Shown here piece after piece: positions 6,539 through 14,980 of a stretch of 37,987 nucleotides of DNA. Source of the stretch: a virus; the IMG/VR virus record IMGVR_UViG_3300045988_061944, positions 1 to 37,987 of that record; one strand, 5' to 3'. The position numbers and the translations under genes are program-made. How positions within the stretch are numbered: position 1 is the stretch's first letter; every line of letters begins with the position of its first letter. A model generated the notes under the pieces. It saw only the letters and a program-made list of their open reading frames with translations. It was not told the origin of the DNA and did not search any database.

Positions 6539-7326
6539 AAAAATACGAATTGACAGAAGAAACGTTCACAGTTTTCGGAAAAACACTGTACCGGATCAGA
6601 GCAGTGCGTGATTTCGGGTCTGTCAAAACTGGAGAGTTCGGCGGATACATCGAGAAAGAGGAAAATCTTTCACATTTCGGTGATGCGTGGGTTTACGGCA
6701 ATGCAAAGGTTTACGGCAATGCAAAGGTTTCCGGCAATGCAAAGGTTTCCGGCGATGCAAAGGTTTCCGGCGATGCAAAGGTTTCCGGCAATGCAAAGGT
6801 TTACGGAAATGCGTGGGTTTACGGCGAAGCAAGAGTTTCCGGCAATGCATGGGCTTACGGCGAAGTTCAGGTCGCCGGAAATGCGTGGATTTACGGCGAT
6901 GCAAGAGTTTTCGGCAATGCGTGGGTTTACGGCGATGCAAGAGTCTCCGAAAATGCGTGGGTTTACGGCGAAGCAAGAGTTTCCGGCGATGCAAGAGTTT
7001 TCGATAATGCGTGGGTTTACGGCAATGCAAAGGTTTACGGCGAAGCAAGAGTTTCCGGCAATGCGTGGGTTTACGGCAACGCAGAAGTTTTCAATACGAG
7101 GCATTTCTTTGTACAAGGACCGATCGGGAGCCGGGATGGATACGTTACATTTTACAGGACTAAGGATGATACGGTAGAGGTAAGATGTGGCTGCTTTTCT
7201 GGAAGCCTCCAGGAATTTGTCAATCAAGTAGAGGAAACACATGGAGGCAGTAGATACGAAAAGGAATACAAGCTTGCAGCGGAACTGGCAAAGGTATGTA
7301 TCCGTCTGGAGGGGGAAAGCAGATGA
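6535..7326 (+). CDS. Hexapeptide-repeat (beta-helix-like) protein with conserved phage C-terminal CGCF domain
   Basis: 23 consecutive units of G-[ND]-A-[KWR]-V-[YSF]. The C-terminus VEVRCGCFSGSLQEFVNQVEETHGG resembles a module seen in other Bacillota phage early proteins. Confidence 0.85.
   Translation: MKKYELTEETFTVFGKTLYRIRAVRDFGSVKTGEFGGYIEKEENLSHFGDAWVYGNAKVYGNAKVSGNAKVSGDAKVSGDAKVSGNAKVYGNAWVYGEARVSGNAWAYGEVQVAGNAWIYGDARVFGNAWVYGDARVSENAWVYGEARVSGDARVFDNAWVYGNAKVYGEARVSGNAWVYGNAEVFNTRHFFVQGPIGSRDGYVTFYRTKDDTVEVRCGCFSGSLQEFVNQVEETHGGSRYEKEYKLAAELAKVCIRLEGESR
6679..7092 (+). repeat. 18-bp-period coding tandem repeat, 23 units
   Basis: In-frame units GGCAATGCAAAGGTTTAC and variants. Six near-identical units lie at 6697-6804. 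Confidence 0.9.
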
Positions 7327-7538
7327 TCTGGGTAAATGAAGGACGCGACCAGGAAGCCAGAGCCATCCTGGAACTGGCCGGGATTGATTCGGACAAGTAC
7401 CGGATCTGGCACCATAATAGCATCTATGTGCATGCAATAAATGAAGAGACGAAAGAATCGGTGATCGTTGAGAAAGCGACACTCGAGGTAGTAAAAAGTC
7501 CCGGTGCTTTGGCGGGCGATCCGGGACTTGAAAAATAA
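7323..7538 (+). CDS. Hypothetical early protein
   Basis: ATG 7323 follows GGAGGGGGAAAGCAG and forms an ATGA overlap with the upstream stop; the ORF track starts at 7296. Confidence 0.55.
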   Translation: MIWVNEGRDQEARAILELAGIDSDKYRIWHHNSIYVHAINEETKESVIVEKATLEVVKSPGALAGDPGLEK

Positions 7539-7580
7539 TAACACAGCTCAATTATAGGGCAAAAGTAGGAGGTAAATCAA

Positions 7581-7787
7581 GTGAAATATAAACAGATCAG
7601 CATCAAAGAAGCAGCAGATCGTTGCCGGAATGGCGAAGCGGTATATGCTGCCAGATGCATTGACGGCATGAGCTTCCGAGAGGTAGCAGAAGCAATGATG
7701 CTGCTGGTGATGGAAATCCCGGTTCCAGAAACAGAGACGAAGCCGGAAAAGGTGAAAAAACAGCCCCCCCAACAAAGAAGACCATAG
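7581..7787 (+). CDS. N-terminal part of a probably frameshifted HTH protein
   Basis: GTG start 7 nt after AGGAGGT. The frame ends at TAG shortly after an A6 (7755-7760) / C7 (7764-7770) homopolymer pair. Confidence 0.6.
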   Translation: MKYKQISIKEAADRCRNGEAVYAARCIDGMSFREVAEAMMLLVMEIPVPETETKPEKVKKQPPQQRRP

Positions 7788-7939
7788 ACCGGGGGAAGGT
7801 AAAAGCACTGCACGAGGCAGGATGGAGCAATACGAAGATTGCAGATGAAATGAAGTGTTCCACATGGAGTGTGAGCATGATCCTGAAAGAACTCAGGGAG
7901 CAGGAAGAAAAACAAAACGAGGTAAATACAGATGAATGA
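7754..7939 (+). other. -1 frame encoding an HTH domain with no start codon of its own
   Basis: This frame reads TAPPTKKTIDRGKVKALHEAGWSNTKIADEMKCSTWSVSMILKELREQEEKQNEVNTDE. It is open from 7664 with no plausible initiation codon before the HTH. Its end overlaps the start of the next gene. Confidence 0.6.
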
Positions 7940-8870
7940 ATTACAGGTGGTTGTTGACCAGAAGCCGGGTGTGATCGGTTTCAACTTTGAAGAGATCCGT
8001 GACGAACTCCAGGCAAGAATGGATCTCTATAAAAATGCAACATTTACAGATGAATACAGAGTTTATGCAAAGAACGAAGTGGCGGCACTTCGAAAGATGA
8101 AAAAGGCAATCGATGACAAACGCAAGGAAGTAAAGAACCAGTATATGATCCCTTACAATGATTTTGAGGGGAAAGCAAAAGAACTGATGCAGATCATTGA
8201 CCAGCCGATCGGCCTGATCAGCCAGCAGATCACGGAGATGGAAGAAAGAAGAAAAGCGGAAAAGAAAGCGAAGATTGGAGCACTGTATGATTCCCTGGTC
8301 GGGGATCTGGGAGATCATCTGACGCTTAAGAAGATCTATAACGCCAAATGGGAAAACGCTTCTACGAGTATGGCAGCAGTCAGAAAAGAAATAGAAGAGG
8401 TGTTTTCTTCCGTCAGAAAAGAAGTTGCCATGCTGGAAGCCATGACCTCCAATGCGGTTCCAGAAGCACTCAGACGGTACAAGGAAGACCTGGACCTTGC
8501 TGGGGCGATCAATTACGTAAACCAGTATGAAGCACAGAAGGCAGAGATCATGAAACGGGAAGCCGAAAAGAAGCGTCTGGAAGAGGAGCAGAAACGCAGA
8601 ACAGAGGAAGAACGGATCCGCAAAGAAGAAAGAGAACGGATCAAAGAAGAAGAGCGTATCCGAAAAGAGGAACGCGAGAAAGCAGAACAGGCTGCGGTAA
8701 ATGAAGCAGCACAGGGATTTTTTGCTGAGGAAGCAGACGATGAGCTTCCATTTGAACAGCCGACAACGATCACCGCATTTTACAAAGTCGTAGCCACACC
8801 GGAAGAACTGGAAGAAGTTGAGATGGCGTTCAACAGCATTGGAATCTATTATACAAGGAGGGATGCATGA
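7932..8870 (+). CDS. DUF1351-type phage recombination-module protein
   Basis: N-terminal pattern GFNFEEIRDELQARMDLYKNATFTDE...AKNEVAALRKMKKAIDDKRKEVK. Charged ERIRKEE repeats. Position immediately upstream of ERF. Confidence 0.75.
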   Translation: MNELQVVVDQKPGVIGFNFEEIRDELQARMDLYKNATFTDEYRVYAKNEVAALRKMKKAIDDKRKEVKNQYMIPYNDFEGKAKELMQIIDQPIGLISQQITEMEERRKAEKKAKIGALYDSLVGDLGDHLTLKKIYNAKWENASTSMAAVRKEIEEVFSSVRKEVAMLEAMTSNAVPEALRRYKEDLDLAGAINYVNQYEAQKAEIMKREAEKKRLEEEQKRRTEEERIRKEERERIKEEERIRKEEREKAEQAAVNEAAQGFFAEEADDELPFEQPTTITAFYKVVATPEELEEVEMAFNSIGIYYTRRDA

Positions 8871-9685
8871 TGCAGGACGAAAAAGGCAGAACAGCAGGAA
8901 ACAACGTGCCAATGATCTATAAGGCACTGGCCGGCGTGATCGCAGATGTTGGGAGCGTTGCAAAAGATAAGGTTAACCGGCAGCAGGGATTTAAATTCCG
9001 CAGTATCGATGATGTATATAACGCCCTGCATCCGGCACTTGCCAAGAATAAGGTCGTGATCATCCCGCGTGTACTGGAACGAAAGTGCGAAGTAGTGGGA
9101 AAGACGAAGAATGGCACCGATATGATCAAGGTCATCTGCAAGGTAAAGTTTGGGTTTTATGCGGAAGACGGGTCAAACGAAGAAGCGATTATCTACGGAG
9201 AAGGTATCGATACAGGTGATAAGGCAACTAACAAGGCCATGGCGATTGCGTATAAATATGCATGCTTTCAGGTATTCTGCATTCCGACAGAAGACATGGT
9301 GGATCCGGATGCGGAGTCACTGGAACTCCAGGAAGAGGGGACGAAAGGGCAAAAAGCGAAGAAGGCGGCAGCACCTAAGGCAGCGGCACAGCCGAAGAAG
9401 CAGGAAGCAAAAGAGAAGCCGGTTTCTGAAAAAAAAGCAGAGCCTGAGAAGAAGGCGGAAAAACCGGAAGACAGCGAAACGGAAGTGAACGTGGGCAGTC
9501 CTGCAACAAAGGAGATGATTGCCACAGTCCGTGCAGAACAGAAACGTACCGGGGTTCCGGACAAGATCATCCTGGGACGCAAGCAGGTAAATGCAAAGAC
9601 GATCGAAGAGCTTACAATCGGGGAATTTAAATATATCATGAGTATCTTTGAAAAAACACCAGACCGAAAGGGAGAAACAGAATGA
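8867..9685 (+). CDS. ERF-family single-strand annealing protein
   Basis: GFKFRSIDDVYNALHPALAKNKVVIIP ... GDKATNKAMAIAYKYACFQVFCIPTED. K/E/A/P-rich linker. Confidence 0.8.
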   Translation: MMQDEKGRTAGNNVPMIYKALAGVIADVGSVAKDKVNRQQGFKFRSIDDVYNALHPALAKNKVVIIPRVLERKCEVVGKTKNGTDMIKVICKVKFGFYAEDGSNEEAIIYGEGIDTGDKATNKAMAIAYKYACFQVFCIPTEDMVDPDAESLELQEEGTKGQKAKKAAAPKAAAQPKKQEAKEKPVSEKKAEPEKKAEKPEDSETEVNVGSPATKEMIATVRAEQKRTGVPDKIILGRKQVNAKTIEELTIGEFKYIMSIFEKTPDRKGETE

Positions 9686-10095
9686 ACAGTGTACAGTTGA
9701 CCGGACGCTTTACGCGTGACCCGGAGATCAGATATACAGACGGTGGCCTGTCAATTGCTAGATTTACTCTGGCAGTAGACAGACGGTTCCGTCAGGAAGG
9801 CGGACCGAGTGCAGACTTTATCGGCTGCATTGCATTCGGAAAAACAGCCGAATTTATCGAAAAGTATTTTTCGAAAGGAAAAAAAATGGAGGTGAACGGC
9901 CGGATTCAGACAGGTTCCTATACGAACCAGGACGGACAGAAGGTCTATACAACGGATGTGGTAGTGGAAGCGGCAGGTTTTGCGGAAAGTAAAGCAGCAC
10001 AGCAGGACAACGGCATACCGGCACCACAGGAAACGGATGATGGCTTCATGCGTATCCCGGATGGCATAGATGATGAAGAGCTGCCGTTTAATTGA
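9682..10095 (+). CDS. ssb: Single-stranded DNA-binding protein
   Basis: OB-fold pattern MNSVQLTGRFTRDPEIRYT...ADFIGCIAFGKTAE and acidic tail DDEELPFN. Confidence 0.95.
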   Translation: MNSVQLTGRFTRDPEIRYTDGGLSIARFTLAVDRRFRQEGGPSADFIGCIAFGKTAEFIEKYFSKGKKMEVNGRIQTGSYTNQDGQKVYTTDVVVEAAGFAESKAAQQDNGIPAPQETDDGFMRIPDGIDDEELPFN

Positions 10096-10598
10096 TTATG
10101 ATCATACAGATTGATTCAAGGGAAAAACCAAAAGCGATCGGGAAAATCCTGGAGGAATTTGACGCCCAGGGCATCCGGCACCCAGTCTCAAAATTAATGG
10201 TCGGGGATTACATGAACTACGATAATCCCCGGCTGATCATCGACCGGAAACAGAACCTGAGTGAGCTGTGCTGCAATGCATGCCAGGGTCACGAACGTTT
10301 CCGGAAGGAGTTGAAACTGGCACAGGATAACGACATCCAGCTTGTATTCCTGTGCGAACATGGAAAAGGGTTCCGGCAGCTGTCAGATGTGATCTGGTGG
10401 GAGAACCCGCGGCGGTGGAAAAGGCAAAGAAACCCGGAGACAGGAAAGTGGGAAGAAACTGAGACAAAAGCCACGACCGGGGAAACCCTGTACCGGATTC
10501 TGCACACGTTAGAGAGGAAATACGGATGCAGATTCCTGTTCTGTGAAAAAGAAGAGACTGGGGCAGAGATCATCCGGATCCTGAAGGAGGGGCTATGA
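10092..10598 (+). CDS. ERCC4/Mus81-like (PD-(D/E)XK) nuclease
   Basis: Motifs IDSRE, GDY and IDRK in the expected order. The start is TTG 10092 or ATG 10098. Confidence 0.65.
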   Translation: MIMIIQIDSREKPKAIGKILEEFDAQGIRHPVSKLMVGDYMNYDNPRLIIDRKQNLSELCCNACQGHERFRKELKLAQDNDIQLVFLCEHGKGFRQLSDVIWWENPRRWKRQRNPETGKWEETETKATTGETLYRILHTLERKYGCRFLFCEKEETGAEIIRILKEGL

Positions 10599-11089
10599 CA
10601 AAAGAGGAACTAAAACAGCGGTACAGCATGAAGGAGATCGTTGAACAGTATGGATTCCGGCCAAACAGGGCTGGTTTTATCCGCTGCCCGTTCCATACAG
10701 GTGACAGGGATGCGTCCCTGAAGATCTATGAAAAGGATTTCCACTGCTTCGGGTGCGGGGCGAATGGAGACATCTTCGACTTTGTACAGAGGATGGATGG
10801 TGTCAGCTTCCGTGAAGCGTTCCTGAGTCTTGGTGGGACATACAGGCAGGAAAAGCCGGGGAGCTTTTCACAGCGTATGGCACGATACCGCAGGGAAAAA
10901 GCAAAAGAACAAAGAAAAAAAGAACAACACCGTGAAGAGGAGAAAAAACGGTTTAATCTGCTGTTGATCGGGATATACAGAAAGAATTTCCAGGCAGCAG
11001 AACCGTTCTCGGACGCATGGTGTGACAGCTATAACGCCATGCAGTACCAGCTGTATGTGCATGGTGCATTGAATGGAATCAGTTACTGA
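10595..11089 (+). CDS. CHC2 zinc-finger protein (DnaG-type zinc-binding domain only)
   Basis: CPFHTGDRDASLKIYEKDFHCFGCGANGDIFDFV. No TOPRIM-like region is visible in its 164 aa. Confidence 0.8.
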   Translation: MTKEELKQRYSMKEIVEQYGFRPNRAGFIRCPFHTGDRDASLKIYEKDFHCFGCGANGDIFDFVQRMDGVSFREAFLSLGGTYRQEKPGSFSQRMARYRREKAKEQRKKEQHREEEKKRFNLLLIGIYRKNFQAAEPFSDAWCDSYNAMQYQLYVHGALNGISY

Positions 11090-12963
11090 TGGGGCAGGAA
11101 GAAGGTGAGGGAATGGTCCCACTTAATCAATTAACAAAAGAGACAATCTTATCCAGCAAGGTACTTGCCGAGGTGTTTGACCAGGAGGATGAACTGTACC
11201 GTGCAGAGCTTCTGGCATCATTGAGCACGAGAGCAACCGAACTGAAAGTAAAGACGGAATTCCGTGAGATGGTAAGAGTCTACAAGAAAGTTGACAGCGA
11301 AACAAAAAAGAAGAAGCAGAAGACAGCCATGGCAGAAAACTGGACACACTTCTCTGACCATAAATACGAACCGATGAAATGCGGGCAGTGGATCGTGACG
11401 GACGAAGGCGTGAGGCTGTATGACCCTCAGAGCGGACGGCAGGACGTCATTGCGTGCCGGCATCCGATCATACCGGTCAGACGCATGCAGAACCTGCAGA
11501 CGGAAGAAGAACAGGTTACGCTTGCGTTTAAGCGAAACGGGAGATGGAGGGAACTGACGATCCCGAAGACAACGGTCACGAAAGCCAGCAAGATATGTGA
11601 CCTGTCTGCAAGGTCCATACTGGTGACGAGTGAGAGTGCGAAGCTGCTGGTACGTTACCTGGCGGATGTGGAAGCGGATAATGAGGAAAATATCCCAGTC
11701 ATCCTTTCAAGCTCAAAAATGGGATGGATCCGGGGAAAATTCCTGCCGTATGATACCGGGATCGAATTTGACGGTGCGGCCAGGTTCCGCCAGATCTATG
11801 AGAGCATACAGAGCCATGGAAGCCGGGAGAAGTGGTACCAGCGTGTCCTGGACCTGAGAAAGAAGCGGTGTTTTGAGATCCAGTTTATGATGGCAGCATC
11901 GTTTGCAAGTGTGCTGATCAGCATCATCGGAGGCCTGCCGTTCATGGTAGACCTCTGGGGACAGACGGAAGGCGGAAAGTCCGTTACGCTGCTGCTGGCA
12001 ACGTCTATCTGGGCAAACCCGAACAAGGGGATGTACTACCGTGATTATGCCAGCACAGACGTTGGTTTTGAGGCACTGGCAGATTTTCTGAACCATCTGC
12101 CGGTTGTATTGGACGACACCAGCAAACGCTGCCAGTCCGTAGAAAAACGCTTTGAGGAGATCATATACAACCTGTGTTCCGGAAAAGGCAAGACCAGATC
12201 CAACAAGGAGCTTGGGATAAACCGGGAGAATGTATGGGAGTGTATCACCCTGACGAACGGAGAGAAGCCGATCACCAGCTATGTCAGTCAGGGCGGGGCT
12301 ATCAACCGTGTACTGGAAGTGGAAGCGGGCGAGCACTTCTTCCCGGACCCGCAGGGCACCATGGACACTATCAAACATAATTACGGCTTTGCCGGGATGG
12401 ATTTCATCGATGTCCTCAAGGATATGGGAAAGGAAGAGATCTGCCGGATCCAGAAAGAGCTCCAGGCAGAGCTGATGAATGACGACAAGATGCAGAAGCA
12501 GGCGATCTCACTTTCAATTGTCCTGACAGCCGATAAAATCGCCACAGAGCGGATTTTTAAGGACGGAGAGTATATTTCTATAGACGAAGCGAAAGAAGTG
12601 CTTGTGGACCGAAATGAGCTTTCTGACAACGAACGCTGCTATCGGTTCATACTGGACAAAGTAAACATGAATGAGCACCGCTTTGACGCGACTACAAAGT
12701 GCGAGAAGTGGGGGATGATCCAGAAAGGATACGCCCTGATTTTTAACGCAGCGTTTGATGAATTGTGCAGAGAGGGTGAATTTTCAAAGAAATCGTTCCT
12801 GTCCTGGGCAAACCGGAAAGGTCTGTTACAGACGCAGGGCGGCCAGATGACCAAAAACAAGAAGGTCGGCGGAAGCACTGTCCGGTGTGTATGGCTGCGA
12901 ATTGAGGAAGAACCGGAGTTTGTGCCGGTAGAAAGCGAGCAGATGGAGATACCATTTGACTAA
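11089..12963 (+). CDS. DUF927-type P-loop replicative helicase (Cch-like)
   Basis: Walker A GQTEGGKS and Walker B VVLDD. The context DLWGQTEGGKSVTLLLATSIWANP resembles DUF927 helicases. Confidence 0.7.
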   Translation: MGQEEGEGMVPLNQLTKETILSSKVLAEVFDQEDELYRAELLASLSTRATELKVKTEFREMVRVYKKVDSETKKKKQKTAMAENWTHFSDHKYEPMKCGQWIVTDEGVRLYDPQSGRQDVIACRHPIIPVRRMQNLQTEEEQVTLAFKRNGRWRELTIPKTTVTKASKICDLSARSILVTSESAKLLVRYLADVEADNEENIPVILSSSKMGWIRGKFLPYDTGIEFDGAARFRQIYESIQSHGSREKWYQRVLDLRKKRCFEIQFMMAASFASVLISIIGGLPFMVDLWGQTEGGKSVTLLLATSIWANPNKGMYYRDYASTDVGFEALADFLNHLPVVLDDTSKRCQSVEKRFEEIIYNLCSGKGKTRSNKELGINRENVWECITLTNGEKPITSYVSQGGAINRVLEVEAGEHFFPDPQGTMDTIKHNYGFAGMDFIDVLKDMGKEEICRIQKELQAELMNDDKMQKQAISLSIVLTADKIATERIFKDGEYISIDEAKEVLVDRNELSDNERCYRFILDKVNMNEHRFDATTKCEKWGMIQKGYALIFNAAFDELCREGEFSKKSFLSWANRKGLLQTQGGQMTKNKKVGGSTVRCVWLRIEEEPEFVPVESEQMEIPFD

Positions 12964-13195
12964 AAGGTTACAAGTTACAGGGGATACACGGAAAAATTGA
13001 ACTATATACAGAGAAAAAATAAAAAAAATAAATTTTTAAAATATTTCACCTCTCACGTATAGGGACAAAAATTCTTGTAATTTTGTAACTTAACAATGAA
13101 AATGCTTAAAAACGCAGTATTTAAGCCACTTTTCGGGATACATGGAAAACGTAACCGACAACCTGTTTTTGTATTTTTGGTAACTGGAGGACGGC
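12964..13195. promoter_or_regulatory. AT-rich non-coding block with GTTACA/TGTAAC iterons: candidate origin or middle promoter region
   Basis: GGTTACAAGTTACAGG (12966-12981) and the inverted TTGTAATTTTGTAAC (13074-13088) flank an A/T-only stretch. Further GTAAC motifs lie at 13151 and 13181. Sits directly downstream of the helicase. Confidence 0.3.
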
Positions 13196-13447
13196 ATGGC
13201 AGGAGTAAAGAAGAAAGATATACCGGATATAGCGGCATTTATGCCGGAGTTCTGGGAATTTGTGAAAAGCGTATGGATCCCGGAAGACTCGGATCAGTAC
13301 TGGAAAGAAGTATGTGATAAAGCACAGGAGCTCTACCAGAAGTATCCGGTGGATTTTGTGAAACGGCAGATATTAGGATTCTGCGAATATCTTGACCAGA
13401 AATGGCAGGATGAAAGAGATAAGGCAGGGACGGAGGAAGAACAGTGA
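13196..13447 (+). CDS. Hypothetical protein
   Basis: 83-aa ORF with RBS CTGGAGGACGGC before the ATG. Confidence 0.6.
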   Translation: MAGVKKKDIPDIAAFMPEFWEFVKSVWIPEDSDQYWKEVCDKAQELYQKYPVDFVKRQILGFCEYLDQKWQDERDKAGTEEEQ

Positions 13448-14043
13448 AGAGATTAACAACCGCATATGAGCGGATTTGGGCAGATGGAAGTGCAGAAATG
13501 CAATACATGGCAAACGCATCAGATCTGGAGGTAGTAAACAGATTAGGTACATACGAAGACGCAGAGGAAGAGGGCAGATTGTTTGTTGTGCCGTGTAAAC
13601 CAGGTGATGAGATCTATGAGATTGTTGTGGATGAAATACCTGTATGGAATTGTTACGTCAACAGATTTATCGTCCAGGATGTCTCAGCGAAACAGGTCAA
13701 GTATGCAGATGATTGGGTAGATTGGGATGCCCCTTATCTGTACACAGACGAAAAAGAAGCGGAAGCGAAAGCAAGACAGTTAAGAAATCAAAAAAAACGT
13801 TTGGAATCCGGATGGATTCCGGTGACGGAGAGATTGCCGGAAAATGATGATTATGTGCTGATGTCGTTTGAAAATTTTTCTCTTCCATTGGTTGGGAGAT
13901 ACGAGGGCGATGAAAAATTAGGTGGTGCATGGTATCTGGGGGATTGCTTCGACGAAGATACCTGTCTGGCGAACGACCTGTTCGTCAATGCCTGGATGCT
14001 GCTGCCGAAACCATACAGGGAGGATGGGGAAAATGAAGAATAA
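13444..14043 (+). CDS. DUF551-containing protein
   Basis: C-terminus GWIPVTERLPENDDYVLM...NAWMLLPKPY matches the DUF551 pattern. GTG start overlaps the upstream stop. Confidence 0.65.
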   Translation: MKRLTTAYERIWADGSAEMQYMANASDLEVVNRLGTYEDAEEEGRLFVVPCKPGDEIYEIVVDEIPVWNCYVNRFIVQDVSAKQVKYADDWVDWDAPYLYTDEKEAEAKARQLRNQKKRLESGWIPVTERLPENDDYVLMSFENFSLPLVGRYEGDEKLGGAWYLGDCFDEDTCLANDLFVNAWMLLPKPYREDGENEE

Positions 14044-14206
14044 CAAGAACTGCAACACATGCAGATACCACGATGATGGAATGTGTTATTGCCCGAAGAG
14101 CAACGAGTTTCGAGACGTTACAGCAGACACGCATCACTGTAGACGATACAGACGAGACTGGGAACAGGCCATGACTGATGCATTTATGAAAGGGGCAAGA
14201 AGATGA
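14033..14206 (+). CDS. 57-aa Cys-rich protein
   Basis: ATG 14033 follows GGAGGATGGGGAAA. Sequence MKNNKNCNTCRYHDDGMCYCPKSNEF...HHCRRY. It is the 3' part of track ORF 13922. Confidence 0.5.
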   Translation: MKNNKNCNTCRYHDDGMCYCPKSNEFRDVTADTHHCRRYRRDWEQAMTDAFMKGARR

Positions 14207-14742
14207 AATATGTGAGATTTATGAGTATCGAAGAGCTAAACAAATACCTGAGCGGAGAGAAGTTGAAAAACAATACCGTGTGGAGAGATAGAGGAGATAA
14301 GACGGACTCTGTGGGATTCTGCTTCTTTGACGATTCCGAATCCCCAGAGGAACGTTTGGAATATTATTCCAGAGGAATAACGTGCACTACAGATGTATGG
14401 GCGGTATTTGAGCAGATCGGCGGGGAGCCGCTGAAAAAGCGTACAGGAATATACAGAGATCCTGAAAAGGACAATGCAAGTATTGAACAGAAGATGCTGG
14501 AAGCATTTACAGCTGTTTTGTACGGGAAATTCCCGGATATCCCAACAATGGAGGTAACTGAGTACAGTACAACGGAATACAGCCAGGAGACGCTGAAACT
14601 GGTGGAGGTTGGTCGAGAGGGACGCTATGGTATCTACTGGCTGTCACAGGCGGAAATGGAAGAATTATTGCTTAAGAAACCGCAGGCACAGGATTGGAGT
14701 GATGTGAGCGATGAAAGCAGCAGAAAAAAATGTAAAACGTAA
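14203..14742 (+). CDS. Hypothetical protein
   Basis: 179-aa ORF with an ATGA overlap to the upstream gene. Confidence 0.6.
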   Translation: MKYVRFMSIEELNKYLSGEKLKNNTVWRDRGDKTDSVGFCFFDDSESPEERLEYYSRGITCTTDVWAVFEQIGGEPLKKRTGIYRDPEKDNASIEQKMLEAFTAVLYGKFPDIPTMEVTEYSTTEYSQETLKLVEVGREGRYGIYWLSQAEMEELLLKKPQAQDWSDVSDESSRKKCKT

Positions 14743-14980
14743 AGCACATTATGATCATCTGGAGCAGAGTGTTGATGCTGATGCAGCCAGAAGATTCCAT
14801 GAACCAGCCGCAGTAAAGAGCAAGATGACAAAACTGGCATCAGTCAAAATTATAGAACATTACATAGAACACACCGATGATGAAGACGGTGAAATCCTGG
14901 AAATAATAGCAAGGAAATGCATGAGGGGAGGCGATGCCGGTGGAGATCAGAAAGCGAGATATGAAGCTGAGCGATCATAA
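14711..14980 (+). CDS. Hypothetical protein
   Basis: 89-aa ORF with GGAGTGATGTGAGCG upstream of the ATG. It overlaps its neighbours at both ends. Confidence 0.45.
   Translation: MKAAEKNVKRKAHYDHLEQSVDADAARRFHEPAAVKSKMTKLASVKIIEHYIEHTDDEDGEILEIIARKCMRGGDAGGDQKARYEAERS

Noticed and set aside
6679-7092. The regular short repeats could be mistaken for a CRISPR array.
   Set aside because: The units are contiguous 18-mers with no unique spacers. They stay in frame within a coding gene, and no cas genes or leader are present.
6608-7551. Four long ORFs (6608-7177 +, 6687-7007 +, 6623-7048 -, 6670-7551 -) with striking repetitive translations.
   Set aside because: They are alternative-frame readings of the 18-bp tandem repeat. 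Only the 6535-7326 frame has an SD-coupled start, a non-repetitive N-terminus and a conserved C-terminal domain.
7941-8963. A 340-aa ORF on the - strand. Other long antisense ORFs include 11713-12378, 17509-18252, 19913-20515, 24032-24778, 27458-28108, 31625-32137 and 36929-37561.
   Set aside because: These ORFs lie fully inside + strand genes with clear family signatures and lack SD sequences. Their Phe/Leu/Cys/Ser-rich low-complexity translations are typical of the antisense of Glu/Lys/Ala-rich genes. They are shadow ORFs.
9150-9488. A 112-aa, highly basic ORF in another frame of the ERF gene.
   Set aside because: It is an alternative-frame artefact of the Lys/Glu/Ala-rich linker of ERF and has no translation signals.
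13096-13317. A 73-aa ORF inside the AT-rich intergenic block.
   Set aside because: It has no SD and a low-complexity basic translation. It overlaps the better-supported 13196-13447 gene out of frame.
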